A DNA stretch of 64,000 bases from Chiloscyllium plagiosum (GCF_004010195.1 NC_057718.1:34702667-34766666); one strand, 5' to 3'; shown: positions 1-12,859, numbered from the stretch's first letter. The notes: a model not told the origin generated them from the letters alone. Numbers and translations: made by a program.

Positions 1-172
1 CTATCACATTTCCGACGCCCCTCCCCCAAGTCCCTCCTCCCTATCTTTTATCTTAGCCTGCTGGACCAACTTTCCTTATTCCTGAAGAAGGGCTAATGCC
101 CGAAACGTCGATTCTCCTGTTCCCTAGATGCTGCCTGACCTGCTGCGCTTTTCCAGCAACACATTTCCATAT
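1..172 (+). mobile_element. Penelope-like element 3' end (family A), truncated by the window edge
   Basis: C/T-rich tract, hammerhead motif, then the tail GATGCTGCCTGACCTGCTGCGCTTTTCCAGCA. The same tail follows the GIY-YIG-coding copies at 8090-8650 and 40457-41013. Confidence 0.8.
82..109 (+). ncRNA. Minimal hammerhead ribozyme motif, intact core
   Basis: CTGAAGA-A-GGGC/TAAT/GCCC-GAAA-CGTC: CUGANGA box, 4-bp stem II, GAAA box, palindromic ACGT, GUC triplet. Confidence 0.75.
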
Positions 173-564
173 CTGGAATGAATTAAATGTCGTGTTAACA
201 TATAGGTCAGCAAGGATGACCCACTGCATATGCTCCCACTATTTATGATCATTAACATTTAAGTTTGCTATTGTGTAATTCTTGGCACTTTTCCATAAAT
301 GTGGTAAAGGAACGATAACAAAATTACGCAGACACTACTTTTGAAATGATAGCCTTTTGTTCAATGGAAATTGAATTACAGATTAGTGTTTGATTCCAGT
401 TCAGAAATACCTACTTCGATTAGTATGCTCTCTGGGAATTCTGTAAAGGAATTTTAGGGAGACACATTGAATGTAAAACATTTGAACCAGCTTTGAGTTG
501 GGTAACATGAAGTAAAACGGTACCTACTATATAAATATATACACACAGTTGCATTTATGCATAA

Positions 565-828
565 ATTCAGTACAATACTAAGGGAGTGCAGAACTATTGG
601 AAAGTTGTCCTTCAGTGGACATAAAAGTTCACAGGATTCTTCAGCTGTTCCGATCCAACATTTATTCCTTAGCACCAAAGAAACAGATTATATGGTTATT
701 ATCACTATTATGCGCATGAATAGGTCATCATACATAATGTTATATTACCTGTAAGTACTGCATTGATTTAAAATATCATTGAACATTCTGAGTACGTAAA
801 ATGTACTGTACAAAGGCCAAATCTTTTA
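565..828 (+). mobile_element. Decayed Deu-domain (AmnSINE/SacSINE-like) SINE
   Basis: CAGTACAATACTAAGGGAGTGC...ACAGATTATATGGTTATTATCAC resembles the Deu-SINE consensus as I recall it. Related pieces occur at 13690, 26738 and 43690. Confidence 0.5.
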
Positions 829-959
829 AAGATATCTTACAGTTCTTTAGTATTCTGCACATACACGTAGCTGCATCTGAACAATTTATATTAATGAAGA
901 GCAATTAGATCCTAAGCTGAAATGAGAATGAAGATAGAATGTAAGGATTTTAGGGAGAT

Positions 960-1842
960 GTTGGAAAGTTTCTCAGAACAAGGGTACTTAAAAGGGATCC
1001 TTTCCCTTGTGGCTATCTTTCTCCAAGACCAAATAAATTTATGTTCTAAAAGGAGCTGATTGGACCAGACTTTCTTGAGTTAAAGAAAAATTTGTTTATT
1101 TGCTACTCAGTGTGAGATAAAGTAATAACATAACACATGCAGAAACTGATTAGAAATGAGAATTGAGCCGAAGAAAATATAAAATTGAAAAGGTATAGGA
1201 ATCAGTCTCTGGGTTGTTCCTGCATAGTAGATGGTGCAATGTTGCAGTCAATCATTGCACCATAACAGATGATGATGTTAGTTGGGCTGAAGTGAAAACA
1301 TGCTCAGTCAATTTTGAGATTTTTGGCTTTATAGGTTATCTGAAATTCTTTTGTCCTGTTTTCCTTCCTTGCTGATTGGCTTCTAGCACTCTGCAGCACA
1401 GGGGTGTTTACTGTATGTCCTTAAAATGTGACCACCACAGCATTTAGCCACACTAACTCAACACAATACTAACATACACTGATTGCGGTTACAGTTTTAA
1501 TCCATTTATTGGATATCAGTGGAATGTTAAAAGACAAAGATGTCTTTTGATTCATGTTCGGGCTGGAATATAACCCACAGGAGATGTTTACCTGTTAAAC
1601 AGAAGTAATTAGATTGCCTTGTAGCTCTGCCTTTAGAATTCTCTCCCTTTGAAGCTTCCCTGGCATCCTACAAGATACAAGAGTTCTCTGAGGGAATCTT
1701 TTTAGCTGCTACTGAATTCCATTCTTAGAAGTTATATTATCACCCAAGCTTGCCTTGCAGTGCTTGTTTTAAGAAAAACACCACTTGTCCAAAAGTTCAA
1801 TATGTCCGTGAGTAATTTGGGGTTCTGATTCACTGCCATGTC
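960..1842 (-). mobile_element. Old solo-LTR-like repeat (copy 1 of 3)
   Basis: TATCTTTCTCCAAGACC...TTATGTTCTAAAAGGAGC...TTTCTTGAGTTAA aligns with 16770-16860 and with the reverse complement of 60880-60990. Confidence 0.55.
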
Positions 1843-3779
1843 ACTCCTGTAACATAAGAAACTGGATGTGGTCATGGTGGTATTGAAGAATCTGATAAAC
1901 ATTTATTACAGCTAACTGCAACATTACACATTCTAGATATCTAAGTGTCTGGACTCATATTAAGCTATTCACTTACAACAGAGCAGCATGCTTTCGGCAT
2001 CATGCCAGACATCAAATGATCCCAGGGTAAGATGGAGTATGCAATCTTTATATCCTTGGATCGCATGCTACAGGCTGATATCTTGTGTTTACCTCTGAAA
2101 GGTGTATGACATATTGACTGTGAGATATGATACCACAGAAAATATGAGAAATTAATTTTGAGGGTGATAAAAGATTTTGGGCTAGTGAGTACAACAGAAG
2201 GAAGTACAATGAAATGCTCTACTGTGATCAGAAGACAGGGTTGGGACATGGACAGGAAAGAGGTATTAATGTTGAGGTGGAAAAGGGCTGTGCATCAGAT
2301 TGGAAAGGTTTGAGGAGGTGTCTTAATTTGGCACTCCTTCGACATCTTTACATTTCTTAGAATGGCTGTTAGATCTTATGTCTAAGGCTTCGAGCATAAA
2401 TCACCTTTGTCTCGATAGTATTTTGACAAATGTGCTTGGGCAGCCAATACCCAAAACAAAGACTATGTGAAATGGACTTCTTTCCACCCACTTGTTTTGT
2501 GTGGACAGGCAGTGATCTTTCAGGAAATCTGAAGGCCCCAGATAAAATATGTTTGCCAGGAGATTCAACCAGCATTGAAAGGTCTATTGTCCTTCTAAAA
2601 GGTAGCCACTGCCTTTAAGTAGATACTTTGCTTGAAACATCATTCTGCCAATCACTGAGTACCCAATGATCTATACAGCTCAGTTGCCAATTATGTTCAA
2701 ATGAGACCTGCTCATGAAAACACTGCTCATCCCCAATCACCCTGCCTACTGATATTAACTTCATAGATTTCTCAATATAGAGAAAGAACTTGCAAATATG
2801 TAGCATCTATCAAAGCACGTCACAGCCATTGAATTACTTCTGAGGCCTGGAATGAACAATGGAATAATGGAAAGTTAATCAGTTCATTTGGAGGTTATGT
2901 GCCTGTCTTTTTAAAAGGTCCCCATAGGGAAAGGGGGAATGACAGTTAATGTGCACATCACTAGTTAAGAAACACACGAGGTCTTTTATCAATGCACAGT
3001 CTCTATCTGCCGACAATTTGAATTGCATTGATGAATACCCGAGAAGCAGTTAGGTTTAGGGCACAAAAGTTGAAGGGAGTTGGTTTAACAGTTTATTGAA
3101 ACAAATAATTCACGTGAATATCCAAGGCAGGCTGCACTCAATAATTAGCAATTTAAAGCCACATATAGACACTCTTGTCCGATTGAGAGGAAGATGGCTG
3201 TATTGGTTTGCAGTAAAGCACACTGCAGGGATCTTATGCTGACTGACTTACCCAGCCATCATGTACTCATGCACTGTGCACAGCCATCATGTATTCTAGT
3301 TTCAATGTATGAAGAATTCTTATTGGCTGGTATCAGTACCAGAGGAACTGTAACCAAATACTAATGACCTTTAGCAGACAAGGGAAATTATAGGAAGCAA
3401 AAAGGGAACACGAGCTCATTAATGCTCCAATATGCAGGTGAGATTGAGGTAATCTTGTGCATGAAGAAATCTTGTTCCTCATGTTCTCTGTATAACAATA
3501 TTTTACTTTGCTTACAGAAGAGATTGATGTGGGAATTAAATGAGTTGTGTACTTTCGTCGTGACTGCTTCTCTAATCCTAAACTGCTACCAATCACAAGA
3601 TCCAGAGCCCAAGGACAAAAACTGGAGCTAACTACCATAATCTCTAAGTACATATAATTTACATGACTGATAACAATCTCAAGTGCAAACAAAGTTGATT
3701 CTCTTCAAAATAAGAAGCAATGATGGGAGAAATACAATTTCCCAAGATTGATGATTTCAGCTCCTACCTACAATTCATT

Positions 3780-3881
3780 GTTAAAAATCACACAACTCCA
3801 GGTTAGAGTCGCTTCGAAAGCTAGTGCTTCCAAATACAACAAATGTGTTGGACTATAACCTGGTGTTGTGATATTTTTAAC
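3780..3881. mobile_element. Mini inverted-repeat fragment of PLE family B
   Basis: Arms 3780-3810 and 3851-3881 are imperfect reverse complements. The loop holds the 3' half of the hammerhead (CGAAAGCTAGTG). Confidence 0.7.
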
Positions 3882-5049
3882 TTTGTCCGCGCTTTGAGCA
3901 CCTCTGTAATATATGCTGATTGCAAACACATTTTTGCTGAATTTTGTTGCTTAGTGCACAATCTGTACATGGAGGCGTGCACCCGGGTACAACCAGTGCA
4001 CAGCTGATCAAAATGTGTCCTTTCTGGCTACTAACTTTCTCTGGTGTCAAAAAATGGCCCGAAAAGGCTAGTAACATGGAACAAGAACATAACTAAAATA
4101 AAAGGCATAGTCCACATGTACAGCAGAAGCGATGTTCCCTTCAATTTCAGTCAGAGGCAAGGAACACAACAGGCAGATGGTGTTGCTTATAAAAGCCAGA
4201 GTGGTGTGTTGCTTATGTTGGTCATTGTCATTGGCATGAATTCAGTATTACAAGTTTCTTACAAATGACTGATTGGACAGATTCTCGAGTAGTGAGCCTT
4301 TGGACACATGGAGCGGTACACATATGCATGAGGTAATATGTTCCAGAGTGCAGGCTGTGCTCATTTTGATTGCTTCTTACAATTCTCCCATCTGGAGCAG
4401 CTCACCCATGGAGTCGTTTTGCCATTTATTTGTTCATGAACCGTGGGCATCATCAGCAGAACCCTTGACATTGCATTATGCCACTGTCTTGGCACTGCAA
4501 ACAGAGGTGGCCTTTAGGTTATTAGGTGCCCGTGTGAATTCACAGTTGGGGAATTGTTCAAAGTATTCTTTCCAGTTTTAGTGGATGAGGTTGCCATCCC
4601 TGAGGAAAGAAAATCAAGCTGTGAATGACAGGCATTTTGTCCCTTTGGCCTTGGTCTACAGATGGCCTTGGTGGCTTCAAAAAAGCTTTGTATGTCATAA
4701 TGGGCTGTGATTAGTTGGCTTTCTGAAACTTTCTCTTCTCACCACATCTCTTTTATCTTCTGGATTTGGTTGTGGGTGTCAGATTTGAAATGCTGCCTGT
4801 TTGATTTGTGACCTTTTGTTATTCTGCCAGTCAATGAGAGCTGCTCATTTTCATTCCAGGTTGTTGCATAGTTGAGCATTATTGACATCAAACAATCCGG
4901 CCTTGTTGATATTTAAACCCAAGGAAATGGACACAAGACTCCAGTACAGCCGACTTTTTTTAATTGTACTGTTCTGGAATTGTTTCGGATGTATATAAAG
5001 ATTTTCCATATCACCTCTGAGTTGCACTTGGAATTCCTTTCTGCAGTTA

Positions 5050-6277
5050 TAGAGACATAGGGTCATCGAGATGTACAGCACAGAAACAGAACCTACAGTC
5101 CTCGTCCATACTGAGCAGATATTCTAAAATAATCTAGTCCCATTTGCCAGCAGTTGGCCCATATCCATCTAAATCCTTCCTATTCATGTACCAATTCAGA
5201 TGTCTTTTAAATGTTGTAATTGTACCAACCTCTACCACTTCATCTGGCAGTTCATCCTATACACGCAATGCACTCTGCATGAAAAAGGTGCCCCTTTGGT
5301 CCCTTTTAAATCTTTCCCCTCTCATTCTAAACTTATGCCCTCAAGCTCTGGAATCCCCGAACCCAGGGAAAAGACCTTGTCTATTTACCCTATCCATGCC
5401 CTTCATGATTTTATAAACCTCTATAGTCACCCTTCAGCCTCCAATGTTCCAGGGAAAACAGCTCCAGCCTATTCAGCCTCTCCCAAAGCTCAAATCCTCC
5501 AACCCAGGCAACATCCTTGTAAATCTTTTCTGAACCCTTTCAAGTTTCACAACATTTTTCCGATAGGAAGGAGACGAGAATTGCAAGCAATATTTCAATA
5601 ATGGCCTAACCACTGTCCTTTGCAGCCGCAACATGACATCCCAACTCCTGTACTCAATACTCTGACCAATAAAGGAAAGCATACCAAACGCCTTCTTCAC
5701 TATCCTAGCTACCTGTGACTCCACTTTCAAGGAGCTATGAACCTGCACTCCAAAGTCTTTTTGTTCAGCAACACTCCCTAGGACCTTACCATTAAGTGTA
5801 TAAGTCCTGCTAAGATTTGCTTTCCCAAAATGCAGCACCTCACATTTATCTATTAAACTCCATCTGCCACTTCTCAGCCCATTGGCCCATCTGATCAAGA
5901 TCCTGTTATATTCTGAGGTAACCTTCTTTGCTGTCCATTGCACCTCCGATTTTGGTATCATCTGCGAATTTATTAACCATACCTCCTATGTTCACATCCA
6001 AATCATTTATATAAATGATGAGAAGCATCGGGCCTATCACTCCACTGGTCACAGGCCTTCAGGCTGAAAAGCAACCTTCCATCACTATCCTCTGTCTTCT
6101 ACCTTTGAGCCAGTTCTGTATCCAAATGGCTAATTCTCCCTGTATTCCCTGAGATCTAACCTTGCGAACCAGTCCACCATGAGGAACTTTGTCGAATGCC
6201 TTACTGAAGTCCATATAGATCACGTTCCGTGCTCTGCCCTCATCAATCCTCTTCGTTACTTCTTCAAAAATCTCATT
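5050..6277 (-). mobile_element. CR1 LINE, 5'-truncated ORF2 3' part plus tail
   Basis: ORFs 6059-6319 (YMDFSKAFDKVPH...WIQNWLKGRRQR) and 5473-5961 (KCEVLHFGK...LERVQKRFTRMLPGL). Confidence 0.93.
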
Positions 6278-7560
6278 GCTATCAAGCTGAAACATTGATC
6301 CGGTTTTCCTCTTGGACACTCGGGCCTTGTGTTGGTGCTAAGAGAACGTTCATCATCCACCAAACCAATTGGTGATCTGGCCAACAGGCATTAGTCACTT
6401 GCATGTATTGAGTGATACAAACATCAGTTAGGTCTTTGACGTGAACGTTCAACCCAGGAGGTGCCTGTACTTTGATTTAGCATGTCTCCTTATGGTAATG
6501 GTTTTATGCCTCTGTCAGGAAAAGGTGTTTGTTATAATGAGGTCCTTCTGGCTTTGTCAGCAGGAGGACATCCGTTCCATTGGCTTACCCCATACTTTTT
6601 ATTATAGCGATTCTGCTCCTGAGGATAAAGTTGACCTCGAGGTTCAAATGCCCCTAAAGAAGGACTTCTTTTTGAGGTGCCAGCGATGATCTCATCAAGT
6701 CAGAATACATCTTTCTTGTTACATCTTCCTCAGTGTTAAGGGTATGAGTATAAATGTTGATGATGCTGCCATATTGATTATAACTGAAATGTTAACTTAA
6801 CTTTACAACTGGACTGATTGGCAGTGCATCCAAGATCCTACTCCACATGGCAAAACTAACCCCAAGGCCACAAAGTGGCACTGTTTGATGTTCTTTTCCA
6901 TTCAAAGTTGGATCCCTCTACTTGTTCATTCTGTTGTCCCTCCCCAGGAAGGTGGACCTCACTGAGGGCCAAAACATCTCAACAACTCATGAGACGATTG
7001 CAGTGTTACAACCTGCATAGTCACCGTTCCGAGATTATGCATGACTGTTTCAATATTCCATATTGGAACGTTTCATTTTTTTCTTTTCTATCATAAAGAT
7101 GACACCAGATATGGTTCCACAGCCCAAAGTGGGTGAGGCAATTTATTTTTTGGGAAACTTTCCAATCCCTTCCAACTCTGGATCAGCAGAGGACATCCTG
7201 AGGAGAACAACTCAGTCACAGATATTGCTGCCCATTGATATCTCTGAACAAACATAGGTGGTCAACATTAACATGCTTCTGTGTGCAGACTTTTGGACTA
7301 GGATCTCCCATGTTCACAGCTCTGTATCTGTTCTCAATTCTCCACTGTTACTGGGACTTAGCAAATGGCTTCTGGTCGAAGTCTGTGCACATCAGTATGC
7401 TTAATATGGGTGCAATTGCAGATGCCATTGTCTGCACAATATTGATGGGTCGGCGATCAGATTTGGGTGATGAATTAAACTACAATGGTTGGAAACACCT
7501 TGATGTTACAATTTTCTTCCACCTTCACAGTTTCTGAGGCGTACTGTCTTCCTTTGCTTT

Positions 7561-8650
7561 TTGAAGAATGTGGTACTGGAACATTCGAAGAACAGGAGAG
7601 TCAATGTTTTGAGCATAAGCTCTTCATCAGGGATGAGGGGGTGGCCCAAGGGGGCTGAGAGATAAATGGAAAGGGAAAGGTAGCTGGGAATGTGATAGGT
7701 AGATGAAGGTGGGGGGTGAAAGTGGAGAGCAGGGTGGAGCAGATAGGTGGGGAGCCGATAGGTGGGAAGGAAGATGGACAAGTAGGACAGTTCAAGAGGG
7801 CGGTGCCAATTTGGAAGGTTGGATCTGGGATAAGGTGGGGGGAAGGAAGTGAGGAAACTGGTGAAATCCACATTGATCCAGTGTTGGGTTGGAGAGTCCC
7901 GAGGTGGAAGGTGAGGCGTTCTTCCTCCAGGTGTCGGGTGGCTAGAGTTTGGCAGTGGAGGAGGCCCAGGACTTGCAGGTCCTTGGCGGAGTGGGAGGGG
8001 GAGTTGAAGTGGTCGGCCAGAGCGTGGTGGGGCTTTTTAGTGTCCCAGAGATGTTCTCTGAAATGTTCTGCAAATTGGCGTCCTGTCTCTCCATCTCTGG
8101 GATACACGCACTGAAGAAACCCCACTACCCTGTGGCCGAGCACTTTAACACCCCCTCCCACTCCACCAAGGACATGCAATTCCTGGGCCTTCTCCACCGC
8201 CAAACTCTAGCCACTTGACATGTTGAGGAAGAACGCCTCATCTTCTGCCTTGGGATTCTCCAACTACATGGGATCAATGTGGATTTCACCAGTTTCCCCA
8301 TTTCCTTCCCCCCACCTTATCCCAGATCCAATCTTCCAACTCAGCACCGCCTTCTTGAACTGTCCTACCTGTCCATCTTCCTTCCCACTACCTGCTCCAC
8401 CCTCCTCTCTAACCCATCATCTGCACCCCCATCTGCATCTACCTAGTGTATTCCCAGCTATCTTCCCCATAGCCACACCTCACTCCCATTTATCTCTCAG
8501 TCCCCTTGGCCCACAAGCATCATTCCTTATGGTGAGCTTATGCTCGAAACGTCGACTCTCCTGGTCCTAGGATGCTGCCTGGCCTGTTGTGTTTTTCCAG
8601 CACCACACTCTTTGACTTTGATCTCCAGCATCTGCAGTCTTCACTTTTTC
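7561..8650. mobile_element. Penelope-like element (family A) as an inverted pair of GIY-YIG 3' ends
   Basis: The minus copy 7561-8092 encodes GETGRQFAEHFREH...HFNSPSH...LGTLQP. The plus copy 8093-8650 encodes VAEHFNTPSH...EERLIF. TSD CTTCCTTT(G)CTTT at 7548-7560 and 8651-8662. Confidence 0.88.
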
Positions 8651-9998
8651 CTTCCTTTCTTTGTGCTGACATTGAGGACTGTTTGGACTGCACTTTGTCT
8701 GGCACTTCCTCACCATGGCCTTGATGACATGGATGGTCCTACCAGACGCAGCCCTCCCAGCAACATCACTCAAGAACTCATCGGAATGAACAAACCTCTG
8801 TGATACATCAAGGTGGAAATCCACAATAAGGGTTATACAAATAGTGTGATAGCTGACACCCATTGAACTAAGCTACCCTGAGGTGCTAGGGCTTTGTGTA
8901 AGAGGTGTGGAGGCCTGAGGCTCACTACCATATGTAATGAGCCTAATGCTTCATAAATAAGCATCTCAAAGCATTCTCAATGCTCAGAGCCTGTGCAAAA
9001 AATAGTTTGCTTATCGGAACCTCCAATATGTGACTGGAGCACTTGAGAAGCAGACAAATGACAACTTACTTCTGTGGTGCCTTTCAAGTGGTAAAACATC
9101 CCAAGGTGCTTAAAACTACACTCATTATAATTAAAGGTGGGTTGCAACATTCTCCAACTTATTAACACACACCCAGCTACTTGTTTACAAGCCTGTGAGC
9201 ATCAAGCTAGGAGGAGACATTAAGAATTGAAATGAGCTAACATCATTAATGGGACTCATTCAGAGTCATGCATCAATCTGGGGAGGGTTATCAGACATGG
9301 TGGGGCATGAACACTGTATTAATAGTAACTTGCCTGCTACAATTTCGATTGGACTGAAATTCAATTATAAAAGAGTTTCAAACTACCCTTCCATCATCAT
9401 CCTAACATTTAGTACAACATGGAACTGAATCTCACCTGTCCACATTCTCAGTGATTATTGTGATTGTTTGCATCAAATCTCATTAGTTGTTTTAGAAGTA
9501 AAAAAATGTGTTGTCTGTTGTCCCAAAACCTACAATTACTGATGCCTCAGGCTCATCAAATATAATTTTTATAACTACTACACCCTATAACTACTTTGTT
9601 GCTGGAGCAACAGCTCTTACAACTGGATATGACAACAAGCTTTGCAGGGTAAATGCTTCTGGATAATGTTCCATTATTTTAAAAGGTACGACAGTCAAAG
9701 AAACAACAATGAACCACACAGAAGTGTTGCAGATATGCATTGAAGTTTCTTAACATGATTTTTCTCTGGTGCCTTGTTGTACAAGTGCATTGACTACTTT
9801 GGAACTGAATCATTCAAACCAATCTTAGATTTAACATCAGACCCTGGACTGTGCTGAATTAATTCATTTCTGCTGAGATGACAGTGGCACTGCTGATATA
9901 GCATTGGGGGTTCTACCTATGGCCTAATATGCTCCTGGTCTCAGCAGCAGAGGGGAAATCAGCAAGTGCACTCATCAATTGCTATCAGTGACATCTGT

Positions 9999-10102
9999 TA
10001 AAAATCACACAGCACCAGGTTATAGTCCAACAGGCTTATTTGGAAGCACTAGCTTTCGGAGCACCGCTCCTTCATCAGGTGGTTGTGGAGTATAAGCTTA
10101 TG
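9999..10102 (-). mobile_element. 104-bp PLE family B insertion carrying a hammerhead
   Basis: Perfect 12-bp TSD AGTGACATCTGT at 9987-9998 and 10103-10114. The sequence matches 33800-33905. Confidence 0.85.
10047..10081 (-). ncRNA. Minimal hammerhead ribozyme motif, intact core
   Basis: Reverse complement reads CAC-CTGATGA-A-GGAGC/GGT/GCTCC-GAAA-GCTA-GTG: 3-bp stem I (CAC/GTG), 5-bp stem II, palindromic AGCT, CUA triplet. Confidence 0.8.
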
Positions 10103-11354
10103 AGTGACATCTGTGACAGTGTACAGAGAGAGCAGACAACATTAAGTGACTTGTTATTCTCTTGCGGAGTCCATTGGGCTATGATTGAAATATAAAAAAA
10201 ATGCATATTGGATTGGAAGACAGGTGGGTTACAGCAGTAAATGCATACTGCATCTCAGTCTGGCTCAAGGTCATTAGCAGGAGATGGGGAAGGAAAACCT
10301 CACCTCCCTGTCTTGTTGTAATGCAATAGGACCAGTTGGCTAATAGAAAGGACTGATGTATATTGGGTGGGTCCACAGAGGGATATTGTACGATTTAATC
10401 ATTCCATTTTGACACTGCTATCAAATAAACACAGGTATGGTCCTTTTCTGGACAATATGTGTCACAACTTCATTTCTTTTCATATGTCCAGAGGTAGCAT
10501 TAATAGTCAACAAATTGAAAATGATGCTGGTCTTTTGATCAGGGGAAAGACCTTTAGCTCAATGTACTTCACTGGTATGTTGGGACCCTGAGGAGGTTTC
10601 AATATACAGACACTGCGATACTTAAAATGGGAGGTCAAAATTTCCAATTGCCAGTTTTACACTGTTTGGATTTTTCTGGAATTCTGACAACAGTGGGATC
10701 AGGTAGTCGGAATCCTGCCAGATCTGTGCTGTTTGCATTGTACTTACCTGGATTTTTACATGGATATGGAGATTTTTCATGCAGGTGTAAAGCCTGCTCA
10801 GGATTCTCACCAGATCAATTAGAGTGTCAAAGCACTCCTTCACCGACACCAATGTTCACCTCCATGGAGAGAACTCTGATACTCTTGGCCTTGTTGGTAC
10901 TGATGAATAATATCAGTGGAGTTTGCTGAACTAAGGAAAGTATGAACTTTATTTTTACAAAATCTACCAGTGACTACATCTTGCTACAAGGTTCCAAGTG
11001 AGATTGAACATGTGAATTGAATTACTTCCTATGAAAATGCACCTTGTCAGTGTATCACAGTCAGATTTTACCTCACAACAAGAAATTCCCACAATAGAAG
11101 TTTGAGGTTAATCCCAATTGAAAAAAAACTCTCTATGCTGATTAACATACAGAGGGGAATGTATAGGAAGATTTAAATCAACATTGAGCATCAGGACTAA
11201 AGACTGAGCGTAAGGATTTATCACACCACTAGGGTGAAAATATATGCATTGCTAAATTCAATACCCACATAACAGAGGCAGGGTTGGTTGGGGTCTGAAA
11301 ATACCCTTACTAGAAAGACTTTCCATTGTGCAAATGCATTTAGTGTATATAAAG

Positions 11355-11466
11355 ATAGTTTCCTCATCAACTTGTTCAGAGATATTATTATACACCTCTG
11401 GAACAGGCACAACTTGAGCCTGGGCCTCCTGGTCTAGAATTTGGACATTGCACCACAAGAACACCT
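11355..11466 (-). mobile_element. Decayed short tRNA-derived SINE
   Basis: Reverse complement has an A-box-like TTGTGGTGCAATG and a B-box-like GGCTCAAGTT. Confidence 0.45.
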
Positions 11467-11483
11467 TTTCATTTATATATAGA

Positions 11484-12220
11484 TGTGGTTCTGTTCGCCG
11501 AGCTGGAAGTTTTTGTTGCAAACGTTTCGTCCCCTGGCTAGGCGACATCATTGGGAGCCTCCTGCAAAGCGCTTCTTTGATGTTTCCTCCGGTGTTTATA
11601 GTGGTCTGTCCCTGCCGCTTCCGGTTGTCAGTTTCAGCTGTCCGCTGTAGTGGTTGGTATATTGGGTCCAGGTCGATGTGTTTGTTGATGGAGTTTGTGG
11701 ATGAATGCCATGCCTTTAGGAATTCCCTGGCTGTTCTCTGTTTGGCTTGCCCTATGATAGTAGTGTTGTCCCAGTTGAATTCATGTTGCTTGTTGTCTGC
11801 GTGTGTGGCTACTAAGGATAGCTGGTTGTGTCGTTTCGTGGCTAGTTGATGTTCATGTATGCGGATTGTCTAGGGGTCGCAGTAGTCTGGCACTACTATC
11901 ATAGGGCAAGCCAGACAGAGAACAGCCAGGGAATTCCAAGAGGCATGGCATTCATCCACAAACTCCATCAACAAACACATCGACCTGGACCCAATATGCC
12001 AACCACTACAGCGGACAGCTGAAACTGACAACCGGAAGCGGCAGGGACAGACCACTATAAACACCGGAGGAAGCATCAAAGAAGCGCTTCGCAGGAGGGT
12101 CTCAAGCACTGATGATGTCGCCTAGCCAGGGGATGAAACATTTGCAACAAAAACTTCCAGCTCGGCGAACAGAACCACAACAACGAGCACCCGAGCTACA
12201 AATCTTCGCACAAACTTTGA
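11484..12220. mobile_element. Penelope-like element (family C) as an inverted duplication of the GIY-YIG C-terminus
   Basis: Minus strand encodes RIHEHQLATKRHNQLSLVATH...HEFNWDNTTIIGQAKQRTAREFLKAWHS, and the plus arm encodes the same C-terminus. Arms 11484-11765 and 11891-12179. TSD ATTTAT(A/G)TATAGA at 11471-11483 and 12221-12233. Confidence 0.88.
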
Positions 12221-12804
12221 ATTTATGTATAGAAATAGAAAATTCACTCAGGTTTGTATTTAACCCAGACTAATATCTACAGGGATCCTCAGCAAAATAC
12301 TAATGGACAGACTGAGTCATGGTCCTGGTTGAACTCTAAAACATATCCCAATGCCATCCCTAAATTAGAATTTTTGCTTACCAGAGGCAAAGTCAACCTC
12401 CCTTACAGCACAAAGCTCAGTCAAAACAATGGAACGAAAGAAAAGTGTTAACCACTGAAGCCTTTTTACTGACTGAAATTACTGCCTCATTCAGAAGATG
12501 CTGTCTTCCTGCAAAATGTTTTTATCCTTTCATGGTAATAGGGAATAGAACAATGGATAAGGGAGGGGCAGCCTTTAACGACCGACAAGTTGTAGCAAGT
12601 ATGATGGCAATGTTTAAAATGCTGCAAGAAGCATATTAGTTCACACACATTCATTTTGTAATTGACAAAACTTCCACTGAGTTGTGTCAATTTCTCCCTT
12701 GCATTGTACTGAACAGATTGGTAGACGGTCAAGCTGAACACTGAGGATTTACAGCATTGAAGTCTGCACCAACAATCACAGATTATACTGATGTGGAGGA
12801 TTTT

Positions 12805-12859
12805 GGATTCGTGGTGCTGGAAGAGCACAGCAGTTCAGGCAGCATCCGAGGAGCAGCAG
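12805..12859 (-). mobile_element. PLE family A tail fragment
   Basis: GTGGTGCTGGAAGAGCACAGCAGTTCAGGCAGCATCCGAGGAGC is close to the reverse complement of 40928-40970. Confidence 0.7.

Larger units (their letters stand above)
4100..8835 (-). mobile_element. Ancient RTE-clade LINE, interrupted by a CR1 (5050-6277) and a PLE (7561-8650)
   Basis: Frameshifted minus-strand peptides resemble the RTE apurinic endonuclease at 6350-6775 (SIINIYTHTL, LIITNTFS, HAKSKYRHLL, CWPDHQL). DIQSFFEATKAICRP lies near 4650-4700, and an RTE-like 5' end lies at 8700-8835. Confidence 0.6.

Noticed and set aside
5200..5601. Recurrent ORFs of the type MPSSSGLP.PREKTL... (also 22934, 44234, 49938, 57528)
   Set aside because: These are antisense frames of CR1 ORF2. 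Their similarity reflects repeat copy number.
11448..12109. Two similar ORFs on opposite strands as a gene pair
   Set aside because: They are antisense frames of the two arms of the PLE inverted repeat.
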